This document shows, in pieces, positions 46,276 to 54,418 of a stretch of DNA of 64,000 nucleotides. Below the pieces are notes generated by a model. The model saw only the letters and a program-made list of their open reading frames with translations, did no database searches and was not told the origin of the DNA. Position 1 is the stretch's first letter. Each line of letters opens with the position of its first letter. The stretch lies in NCBI GenBank assembly GCA_903831595.1, contig CAIKXY010000013.1, forward strand, positions 6,793 to 70,792, read 5' to 3'. Both the position numbers and the translations under genes were made by a program. The stretch comes from an uncultured bacterium (GTDB taxonomy: Bacteria; Patescibacteriota; Minisyncoccia; Phycocordibacterales; GWA1-40-21).

Positions 46276-46393
46276 ATCGTGTAAGATTTATATTTCACTG
46301 GGGTTGGGAATATTGCTTCACTACTTATTGATAAGATTATATCAAAATAGTTTTATAAAAGCGATAGGGAAATGTGTTATTTACAAATCAATA

Positions 46394-46777
46394 CTAAACC
46401 TTAAAATATGCTCTAAATTTTCTTTCTAAAGCCTCCATTTTGTTTCCGTGTTTATTTCCTAAAAGGTGAACACATCCATGTATAAATAGAAAAGCAAAAA
46501 AATTATTATATTCTCTTTCAAAATCTTTACATTTTTTCTTAGCAATTTTTTTGCAAATAAATATTTCCCCAGAATTTTTTTCAAGAGGGAAGCTAAGAAT
46601 ATCTGTGGGCGAATCCACGTGTCTATAAGTTTTGTTTAATGCGTGTATTTTTTTATCGCTTACAAATATCAAATCAAGCTCGTATTTTTTACCGAGGATT
46701 TTGTTTTTTATTTTGTCAAAAGGCAAGCTTGGAAGCCTGCCTTTTGTTTCGTTTATAATTGAGAATTTTTCTTCCAT
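46394..46777 (-). CDS. ybeY: Endoribonuclease YbeY (rRNA maturation factor)
   Basis: Zinc-binding HGCVHLLGNKH motif, about 127 aa. Confidence 0.8.
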   Translation of the reverse strand: MEEKFSIINETKGRLPSLPFDKIKNKILGKKYELDLIFVSDKKIHALNKTYRHVDSPTDILSFPLEKNSGEIFICKKIAKKKCKDFEREYNNFFAFLFIHGCVHLLGNKHGNKMEALERKFRAYFKV

Positions 46778-46783
46778 TTAAAC

Positions 46784-47050
46784 TTATTTACTTTTTGTGT
46801 TTTGTCTTGATTGAGCGTCGTTTCTGTCTGCCATTTTACCCATTCTTATAAGCTCTTCTATTTCAGCTTTTTTAGAAATTGATGCTAATCTTTGAACTTT
46901 TGTTTTGTATGATGATAGCTCTCTTTTTGCATATCTGATTGAACGGACACGAGGAAGAACTCCTGAACCTTGAACTTTCTTTGTAAAACGTCTAAGCATA
47001 CTTGCGTTGCTTTCGTTGCTATTTTTGCTGATTTCTATATTTATTGCCAT
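46784..47050 (-). CDS. rpsU: 30S ribosomal protein bS21
   Basis: MLRRFTKKVQGSGVLPRVRSIRYAKRELSSYKTKVQRLA resembles the S21 core ([27 protein letters not shown]). Confidence 0.6.
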   Translation of the reverse strand: MAINIEISKNSNESNASMLRRFTKKVQGSGVLPRVRSIRYAKRELSSYKTKVQRLASISKKAEIEELIRMGKMADRNDAQSRQNTKSK

Positions 47051-47092
47051 AGAACAAAGATATTAACACTTTAGATATATAAAAGCAAGATA

Positions 47093-48322
47093 TTAAGCCT
47101 TGATTTTCTTAATATGCTCCACCAACTGATGTATTGGTACGCTTTGTTGCGTTCGTGTGATGTTTTCTCGCACAGTAACTGCGTTTTCTAAAAATTCCTT
47201 TTTACCCATGATAATCACGAAAGGAACTTTTGTTTTTTCGACATGAGCAAACTGACTGCCAAATTTATCTCGTCCAAGCATATGGTGAACAAATATTTTT
47301 TCTTGTTTTAACATTTCAATTATCTCCAAACTTTTATGTTTTGCTTCATCACCTAGCTGAATATAAAACGCGACTGGTTTTTCTACTTTTGAAACTTTTC
47401 GTACAACAGCTTTCTTTGGCAAGAAAATTTTAATTCCAACGCCAGGGTTGTCTCTCTTGTGTCCAACTTTTTGCGCTATCCCGTCATATCTAAAACCAAC
47501 AGCAAGAGTTTCTCCGACTTTTCCGTCGCTTAGATTTTCTTTTATTTCAAAAATTGTTCCAGAGCAGTATTTTTTATCAGGCACCAAATTATTGTTTATT
47601 TTATATGGAATATTCATTGTTTCGATGAATTCCAAAACTTCCTTAAAGTGTTCTCGGCTTACATCGGAAAGGCAACTAATAGATGTTGGCGCAGCTTCCT
47701 TTAGCTTTCCTTCAGGGTCACATTCGTTACAATGCAAAAGACACAAAGCGTCTTTTTTGAAATTTTGTCGGCAGTGAGCTGAAAGGCTATTCAAATTTTT
47801 CTTATAATAATTTGTAAGCTCTCTTGAAAATTTATTCATTGATTCTTTGTCGCCGATGCTGTTGATTTCAATTGTAAAATCTTTGTAGCCGTTGTCTTTC
47901 AAAATTGAGACAGCGGTTTTGATAAGCATTGCTTCTGCAATACTTCTGTTTGTCCCCATAACTTCAAGATTGATTGTGTGTTTTGCCCTTTCTTTTATAA
48001 TGTCGCTTTCATGAACAAGCATAACTGGCTGGGGAAGTGACGAAAGATTTTTTTCTAAATATTCACGAAGCAAAGCAATCCTTTCTTCAGCAAATACTTG
48101 AGAAAAAGTCCAAGGCAAACCGGAAACATTTTTTGTGTAAGCGTCTTTCAAAGACGAAGCTTTATGGACATCATCTTTTGTAATTTGAAGTGGTTTAGTA
48201 GGTGTAAAGCCAAAGTAAAGCGAAGCTTCAGCCATTTTGTTGATTGGCAAGAAGTTTATGTAACTAACTTTTTTAATCTTTGACTTTCTACTTGATTTTT
48301 TTGTTGTTTTTTTCTTTTTCAT
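47093..48322 (-). CDS. Histidyl-tRNA synthetase-like class II aaRS protein (HisS/HisZ family, divergent) with a poly-Lys N-terminus
   Basis: GFRYDGIA (cf. HisRS GGRYDGL) and a C-terminal anticodon-binding-like domain (VPFVIIMGKKEFLENAVTVRE). Class II motifs 1/2 are not clearly recognisable. Starts MKKKKTTKKSSRKSKIKK. Confidence 0.45.
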   Translation of the reverse strand: MKKKKTTKKSSRKSKIKKVSYINFLPINKMAEASLYFGFTPTKPLQITKDDVHKASSLKDAYTKNVSGLPWTFSQVFAEERIALLREYLEKNLSSLPQPVMLVHESDIIKERAKHTINLEVMGTNRSIAEAMLIKTAVSILKDNGYKDFTIEINSIGDKESMNKFSRELTNYYKKNLNSLSAHCRQNFKKDALCLLHCNECDPEGKLKEAAPTSISCLSDVSREHFKEVLEFIETMNIPYKINNNLVPDKKYCSGTIFEIKENLSDGKVGETLAVGFRYDGIAQKVGHKRDNPGVGIKIFLPKKAVVRKVSKVEKPVAFYIQLGDEAKHKSLEIIEMLKQEKIFVHHMLGRDKFGSQFAHVEKTKVPFVIIMGKKEFLENAVTVRENITRTQQSVPIHQLVEHIKKIKA

Positions 48323-48326
48323 TCTT

Positions 48327-49019
48327 TTAATAATTAAAATAATCTCCCGGGTTAATACCTATTTCATTAAAAGGGAAGAGTCTGATATACGATTTCCCGA
48401 TTATGTTTGCTTTTGGTAATACTCCCCAAAGTCTTGAATCGGAGCTGTTGTGTCTGTTGTCTCCCATTACGAAATACTCGTTATCTTTCAATGTTATTTT
48501 TTCTTTAATCTCTGTAAATTGTGAAGGCACGTTTTTATTTATGTTTATGTATGGTTCATTCAAAACTTTTCCATCGGGATTTTCTTTATTGAAAATTTTT
48601 ACTTCATCGCCGTTTATCTCAACAGTTTCTCCAGGAAGTCCGATGATTCTTTTTATATAATAAACAGTTTGTGTCGTTGAAACTTTTTGTAATTCAAGCG
48701 CTGAAGCGGGTGCTTTCAAAACTATCACCTCACCTCTTTTTGGTAATTGAAATCTGTATGAAATCTCATCAATAATTAAATAATTTCCATCTTGATATGT
48801 ATTGTCCATTGATGCGCCAGATACGACATAGGGTTGAGCGATAAAAGCTCGTATAGGCAACACAATCAAAAGTGATATAACAATAATATAAGCTGTTTCT
48901 TTAATGAACGATTTGGCTTGTTGCATCTTATTAGGAATTATTTCACTATTATTATCTTCTTTATTTGTGTCGTTCATTTCAAAAATATGGCTAAAAATAT
49001 GACTAAAATTACTATTCAA
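48327..49019 (-). CDS. lepB: Signal peptidase I
   Basis: Catalytic Ser box VVSGASMDNTY (SM.P/N), GDNRHNSSDSRLWG (S26 box E), and an N-terminal TM. Confidence 0.8.
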   Translation of the reverse strand: MNSNFSHIFSHIFEMNDTNKEDNNSEIIPNKMQQAKSFIKETAYIIVISLLIVLPIRAFIAQPYVVSGASMDNTYQDGNYLIIDEISYRFQLPKRGEVIVLKAPASALELQKVSTTQTVYYIKRIIGLPGETVEINGDEVKIFNKENPDGKVLNEPYININKNVPSQFTEIKEKITLKDNEYFVMGDNRHNSSDSRLWGVLPKANIIGKSYIRLFPFNEIGINPGDYFNY

Positions 49020-49094
49020 AGCCTATTATATAGTAAAAAATGATAAAATGCAAATTTTAGTTATTTAATAAATAATTACAGATAAATACAAATA

Positions 49095-50072
49095 TTGTAT
49101 AGTGGCAATTATTTTTGTTTAATATATTCATGTTATACTTTTAATATGGAAGAAAAATTTAAATTTACTGGACCCAAAAATGAATATACTTTAAATTTAG
49201 AAAAGAAAGTAAAAGGCTTGAGTGAATTTCATGATAAAGGAAAAGAAAAAATTGAAGGAGAATTTGAGAAGACTCCCGAACAAATTGAGATGATAAATAC
49301 TGTGAATCAAACACTAATAAGCATTTTTAATTTTTTAAATCTAAAAGAAAAAAAACAAATAAATGAAGATCGGGTTCATTTTTTAAATAACTTTCTTTTT
49401 GAAAAAAACTGCCATTCTGATAATTATGGTATATATAATTCGGTTCGTGATTCTATATATCTAAACTTAGAAAAAATTGGAAATGATAAGGCACATCTTT
49501 TTTCCACCTTACTACATGAAGCGGTCCATGCGGTCTCAGAAAAATATTTTTTCGCAGAAAAAACAGACAAAAATAATATCGATATATCTGATGCAAGGGT
49601 GGGCTTTAGATTAAATTCTCAGTGGAAGAGGGAGAGAAGTATATTAAGAGGATTTAATGAATTTGTTGTTAATGAAATAGTTTATAATTCAGTAAATATG
49701 ATAGCTAAGTCACTGGAAACTCGTTTTGGTATTTCAAAAAATGATTTGAAAAGAAATATCTACAGTAGTGGTGGTGTTCATCAAAAATTGATGGAGACTA
49801 TATATGGCAAGTTAATTAATAGTAAAGAAGTAGATGAAAGTTATATAACATTTATTGCAAAAACACATTTTAGTGGTTCATTAAGGATACTTCGCCCAAT
49901 AGATAAAGTATACGGAAAAGGTTCTATTCATGTATTAAGTTGTCTGGACATTTTTGATGATGGTAATATAGAAAAAGACAAAGTAAATAATATGGTAGAA
50001 GAGTATTTTTTGCATGCAGACGAAAAAAGGAAATCTGAAATTCGTGATATTTTGACTAAAATAATCAAATAA
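49095..50072 (+). CDS. Hypothetical protein with an HExxH motif (possible metallopeptidase-like)
   Basis: LLHEAVHAVSE. The likely start is MEEKFKF at 49146. No further family resemblance recognised. Confidence 0.35.
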   Translation: MYSGNYFCLIYSCYTFNMEEKFKFTGPKNEYTLNLEKKVKGLSEFHDKGKEKIEGEFEKTPEQIEMINTVNQTLISIFNFLNLKEKKQINEDRVHFLNNFLFEKNCHSDNYGIYNSVRDSIYLNLEKIGNDKAHLFSTLLHEAVHAVSEKYFFAEKTDKNNIDISDARVGFRLNSQWKRERSILRGFNEFVVNEIVYNSVNMIAKSLETRFGISKNDLKRNIYSSGGVHQKLMETIYGKLINSKEVDESYITFIAKTHFSGSLRILRPIDKVYGKGSIHVLSCLDIFDDGNIEKDKVNNMVEEYFLHADEKRKSEIRDILTKIIK

Positions 50073-50559
50073 ACAAATTTTTTAAAATATAGTTTATAAT
50101 TTTTGATTGCAGTTACTTCTTTGAAAAATGGTTTGACTAAAATTTAAAAACAAAAAGCGGCTCCTATCCAAGGAACCGCTAAAGTAAAATTTGTTGCTAT
50201 TTGTTTCTATTCACCATTTCCTTATGAACAATGAATATTACAAATGCACAAATTAGTGACAAAAAAAACGGGGAAAAAGTCAATACCCTTTTTACCTGCC
50301 AAAAAATAAAAAAATACCTCGCTGAAACAATTAACATTATAACTTCTAGCAAAAATAATAATGTTTGAAACAACCTAAATAAATTTTTTCTCATTTAAAC
50401 CTCCTGTGTTTTTTTAAAAATTAATAATACTTTCAACTAGATTTATTTATTGTAGAAAGAATCCATACTCCTGATTTAAGGCTAACTGAAAACATAGATT
50501 TTGTAAACAGCAATGATTTTGCGACTTTTAATAATTTATTAATAAGTTATACTTTAGAA

Positions 50560-50970
50560 ATGAAAATTTTTATAATTTGTAGCAAAGCATTTTATGGAAA
50601 AGTTCCTGGAATAAAGAAAATTTTAGAAAATAAAGGAAATATTATAACTTTACCAAACTGTTTTGATGCACCGGAAACGGAAGATAAATATAGAAAACTT
50701 GGTTTTGAAGCACATTCAAAATGGAAGGGTGAAAAATTAAAACATAGTGCTACAGTCATTCTTGAAAATGACGCTGTTTTAGTTTTAAATTTTGAGAAAA
50801 ATGGAATTAAAAATTATATTGGTGGTGCCACATTTTTGGAAATGTATGATGCTTTTAAGCTTGGGAAAAAAATATATTTATATAATGATATTCCTGATGG
50901 TATGTTGAAAGATGAAATCGTTGGATTTTACCCCGTGATTATAAATGGTGACCTAAGTAAGATTAATTAA
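50560..50970 (+). CDS. Nucleoside 2-deoxyribosyltransferase-like protein
   Basis: NDAVLVLNF...IGGATFLEMYDAFKLGKKIYLY resembles the Ndt/Rcl core (DsGTafElGyAyalGKPv). Confidence 0.45.
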   Translation: MKIFIICSKAFYGKVPGIKKILENKGNIITLPNCFDAPETEDKYRKLGFEAHSKWKGEKLKHSATVILENDAVLVLNFEKNGIKNYIGGATFLEMYDAFKLGKKIYLYNDIPDGMLKDEIVGFYPVIINGDLSKIN

Positions 50971-51012
50971 AATCGGCTTTACATTATTGGTTTTAACCTA
51001 TAAAATTGAAAT

Positions 51013-51612
51013 ATGAATTATATAATTGTTGGTCTCGGAAATCCGGGACAGGAATATGAAAATACAAGACACAATACAGGCAGAATGATTGTGGATGCTT
51101 TTGCTAAAAAAATTAGAGAAGAAGATTGGAAGGAAGATAAAAAAATAAAATCAGAAGTTGTAAAAGCAAAATTGGGAAAAAATTCTGTGCTTTTAATAAA
51201 GCCGAATACTTTTATGAATAAATCTGGAGATGCTGTTCGCTCTTTAGTAAAAAGTAAAAAAGCTGCAGAGACATTAGTCGTGGTGCATGACGACCTAGAT
51301 TTACCTTTTGGAAAAATTAAAATTTCATTTAATAAAAGTGCTGGTGGTCACAGGGGAGTGCAGTCAATTATGAAAGTTGTAAAGACGGAGGCCTTTATAA
51401 GAATGAGAGTTGGAATTTCTCCAGTTACAGCAAGTGGAAAAATGAAAAAACCTTTTGGAGAAAAAGATGTTACAGCTTTGATTCTTGGAAAATATAAACC
51501 AAGCGAGCTCGAAATTTTTAAGAAAACAGCAAAAAGGGGAGCTGAAGGACTTGAATCTATAGTTATTGATGGAAGAGATACTGCGACGATGAAGGTGAAT
51601 AGCAATAATTAA
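51013..51612 (+). CDS. pth: Peptidyl-tRNA hydrolase
   Basis: IIVGLGNPGQEYENTRHNTG and VVHDDLDLPFGKIK. 199 aa. Confidence 0.85.
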   Translation: MNYIIVGLGNPGQEYENTRHNTGRMIVDAFAKKIREEDWKEDKKIKSEVVKAKLGKNSVLLIKPNTFMNKSGDAVRSLVKSKKAAETLVVVHDDLDLPFGKIKISFNKSAGGHRGVQSIMKVVKTEAFIRMRVGISPVTASGKMKKPFGEKDVTALILGKYKPSELEIFKKTAKRGAEGLESIVIDGRDTATMKVNSNN

Positions 51613-51619
51613 TTTTTAT

Positions 51620-51662
51620 AATAAAAAAAGCTCCGGTGTCCAGCCGGAGCTTCTGCTTTTTA
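51620..51662. terminator. Bidirectional intrinsic terminator (gctccggtgtccagccggagc)
   Basis: Hairpin flanked by an A-run and a T-run, between convergent pth (+) and the zinc-ribbon gene (-). Confidence 0.65.
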
Positions 51663-51663
51663 T

Positions 51664-51897
51664 CTATTTTGCATTATTTTCCTTCACGCCAGTTCCACAT
51701 TTAGGACAAACACTGTGGTTTGGGTGTACCAGCGTCCCGCATTTACATTTGTGAATGGGGTTTGCCACATCTTTACATGTCGGGCATATAGACTGGTAGA
51801 TTATTTCGTCACATTTTGAGCACAAATATTTTTTTACCATTTTTACACCTCCTTTTATCAATTTTTTTATCGGCATAATCAAAATAGTTATTTCCAA
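51664..51897 (-). CDS. Small zinc-ribbon protein (two CxxC pairs plus a CxC)
   Basis: MVKKYLCSKCDEIIYQSICPTCKD...CKCGTLVHPNHSVCPKCG. The probable start is at 51841. Confidence 0.4.
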   Translation of the reverse strand: MEITILIMPIKKLIKGGVKMVKKYLCSKCDEIIYQSICPTCKDVANPIHKCKCGTLVHPNHSVCPKCGTGVKENNAK

Positions 51898-52079
51898 GGA
51901 TAAAGATAAAATCTAAGAACATTCAAAATAACTTTGTCTCGAACTCTATAAATAAAATTAATCATTCTATATATAAAATCCAGCATTTTTCCTCCTTTGT
52001 AAAATAGCAAAATAATAACTGCGTACTACTCTAATTAAAAAATAGCAGATAGCGGGGAATTGTCAAACAAATAAAAAGA

Positions 52080-52108
52080 GGGGCGGCCTTCGGCCGCCCC
52101 TCTTTTTA
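52080..52108. terminator. Bidirectional terminator (gaggggcggccttcggccgcccctc)
   Basis: Perfect GC hairpin flanked by A/T runs, downstream of rpsA. Confidence 0.7.
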
Positions 52109-52114
52109 TTTTAA

Positions 52115-53227
52115 TTATTTTACAAAATTTAACCCCATCTTCTGATTCTTTGGTTCAAAAACATTGATTTTGAAAGTATAGCTTTTACCCAAACTAATTT
52201 TTTCTTTCATTTTTGCTTCTGAGCCAAAATCTGAAATGTGAACAAGTCCTGAAACTCCTTCTTCAATACTTGCAAGAGCTCCGTATTTGTTAAATTTAAT
52301 AATAACAGCTTGTATCTCATCTCCTTTTTTGTATTTCTTTTCTGCTTCTGTCCAAGGATTTGGTTTCAATGCTTTTATAGAAAGTGAAACTTTTCCGTCT
52401 TTTACTTCTATAACTTTTACGTTTACTTTATCGCCAATTTTGAACATTGTTTTTGGATCTTCAACAAGTGCCCAATCTATTTCTGAAATGTGTACAAGAC
52501 CTTCAAGTCCATCTTCAAGTTTGACGAAGACACCAAAGTCTACTGTTCCTGTAACTTCACCTACAAATATGTCTCCAACTTTATATTTATCAGCTTTCTT
52601 TTGGTTTTCTTTTTTCTCAAGATTTTTCTCAGAGAAAATAAGTTTACCTTCTTTTGGAACAGCTGTGATAATCGCAACTGATATTTTTTGTCCGACAAGC
52701 TTTTTTAATTCTTCATGAATCTTGTCTTTATCTCCATCAGAAACTTTTGGATAGTGTTCAGACTTTAATTGTGAAGCGGGAAGGAAACCGATAATACCTT
52801 GCCATGAAATAATAAGACCACCTTTGTTTGCTTCCTGAATTGGAAGTTCAAAAGTTGTTTTGTTTTTGATTGCTTTGTCTGCTTCATCCCAAATAAGTGC
52901 TTGTCTTGCTTCTTTTAGGGAAATTTCTATATAACCTTCTTTGTTAATGTGGTCTACGATTTTTGCAGAAACAGTGTCGCCAATGTTTAATTTTTTAATA
53001 ACATCTCTTGCTGTAATAAATTCTTTTCCGTAGATAATACCTGTTCCGTATGGTTGTAAATCTACATAAACTCTAGATTTTTCTATACCAATAACTTTTC
53101 CTTCAATAACTTCTCCAGCCATTGGCGGGTTTTTTGTGTCATTGAAATACTTTGCCATCACACTGCTGTTTTTAGCTTTTGTTTTTTCGTCTTCTATTTT
53201 AACTGCTTTAATTTTTTCTTTCGCCAT
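52115..53227 (-). CDS. rpsA: 30S ribosomal protein S1 (four S1 domains, compact)
   Basis: Repeated S1/OB motifs (GDIFVGEVTGTVDFGVFVKL, GDKVNVKVIEVKDGKVSLSIK and others). 370 aa. Confidence 0.75.
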   Translation of the reverse strand: MAKEKIKAVKIEDEKTKAKNSSVMAKYFNDTKNPPMAGEVIEGKVIGIEKSRVYVDLQPYGTGIIYGKEFITARDVIKKLNIGDTVSAKIVDHINKEGYIEISLKEARQALIWDEADKAIKNKTTFELPIQEANKGGLIISWQGIIGFLPASQLKSEHYPKVSDGDKDKIHEELKKLVGQKISVAIITAVPKEGKLIFSEKNLEKKENQKKADKYKVGDIFVGEVTGTVDFGVFVKLEDGLEGLVHISEIDWALVEDPKTMFKIGDKVNVKVIEVKDGKVSLSIKALKPNPWTEAEKKYKKGDEIQAVIIKFNKYGALASIEEGVSGLVHISDFGSEAKMKEKISLGKSYTFKINVFEPKNQKMGLNFVK

Positions 53228-53426
53228 GTTTTTATAATAAAAAATGCACCCTCAAGGCGCATACGTTTTGACAAAAAGTTTCGCGTCATTTTACTCTTCC
53301 ACGCGAGGTTAGCTTTCTGTGCAACCTTGTAATAGATATAAGGTACTACAAGTCTTTTATAAAGTAAAGCACAATTTAGTGTAAAAATTTGGTTGATAAT
53401 ATATTTAATTTTGCTATAATTACTAA

Positions 53427-54062
53427 ATGATAATAACTTACCTAGGGGTGGAGTTTTTTAAAGTTCAATTTGGCGATACCACCATCGCTTTTAATCCTAT
53501 TTCTAAAGATTCAAAGTTTAAGCCAACAAGATTCTTTTCTGATATTGCACTTGTTAGTTTAAACAATCCAGATATGAATGGTACGGAAAATCTTTCCTAC
53601 AACGGCAAAGACCCATTTGTTATTTCTGGTCCGGGAGAATATGAAGTCAAAGATATTTTCATAAAAGGTTTTGCTTCAAAATCAAATTATGGAGGAAAAG
53701 AAAGAATCAATACAATATATTCTGTTACTCTTGAAAATATGAACTTGTGTTTTTTGGGCGCGCTTTCCGATATCAATCTTTCATCTGAAGTCAAAGAGGC
53801 GCTTGGTGATGTTGATATTTTGTTTTTACCAATCGGAGACGACAGCGTTCTTGATGCCGGAAAAGCAGAAAAGCTTTCTGTTGAAATTGAGCCGAAAATA
53901 ATTATTCCTATGCATTTTGGCCAAGTTGGAATCAAAGATGCTTTGAAAAAATATTTGAAGGAGGCAGGTGAAGATGCAGTAAAGCCGATAGATAAATTGA
54001 CGATTAAACGAAAAGATTTAGAAGGGAAAATGGGCGAGGTAGTAGTTCTTTCAGAAGCATAA
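53427..54062 (+). CDS. MBL-fold metal-dependent hydrolase (COG2220-like)
   Basis: ITYLG... and DILFLPIGDD, IIIPMHFG are typical of the UlaG-like beta-lactamase superfamily. Confidence 0.5.
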   Translation: MIITYLGVEFFKVQFGDTTIAFNPISKDSKFKPTRFFSDIALVSLNNPDMNGTENLSYNGKDPFVISGPGEYEVKDIFIKGFASKSNYGGKERINTIYSVTLENMNLCFLGALSDINLSSEVKEALGDVDILFLPIGDDSVLDAGKAEKLSVEIEPKIIIPMHFGQVGIKDALKKYLKEAGEDAVKPIDKLTIKRKDLEGKMGEVVVLSEA

Positions 54063-54077
54063 AATTTTGTAAAAGGA

Positions 54078-54413
54078 ATGAAATTGATAAATCAAATAAA
54101 AAAATTATCTTTTGAGAAAAAAAGAATTTTAGCAATTTCGTTGGCGGTTTTGTTAACAATTATTTTAATCATTATTAATTCAATAATTAATTCAGTGTGG
54201 AAAGATGATAGCGTTGGTGCAGTAAAAAGTAAAAATGACCCAATAAAATCTTTACAACAATCGGTATCAGAAATTATTAATCAAGCAAAACCAATAATAA
54301 GCCAAGCATTTGGTAGTTCGACAAGAAACATGGCTTCAGGCACGGACCAAACAATAGATCAGAATAATTTGGCAAGTTCTAGTGTTAGTACAAGTTCAAA
54401 TGTAGTACAATAA
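54078..54413 (+). CDS. Membrane-anchored hypothetical protein (S/T/N-rich)
   Basis: N-terminal TM, low-complexity C-terminus. Confidence 0.35.
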   Translation: MKLINQIKKLSFEKKRILAISLAVLLTIILIIINSIINSVWKDDSVGAVKSKNDPIKSLQQSVSEIINQAKPIISQAFGSSTRNMASGTDQTIDQNNLASSSVSTSSNVVQ

Positions 54414-54418
54414 AAATC

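Noticed and set aside
52287-52718. 143-aa plus-strand ORF inside rpsA
   Set aside because: Antisense to the S1-domain gene.
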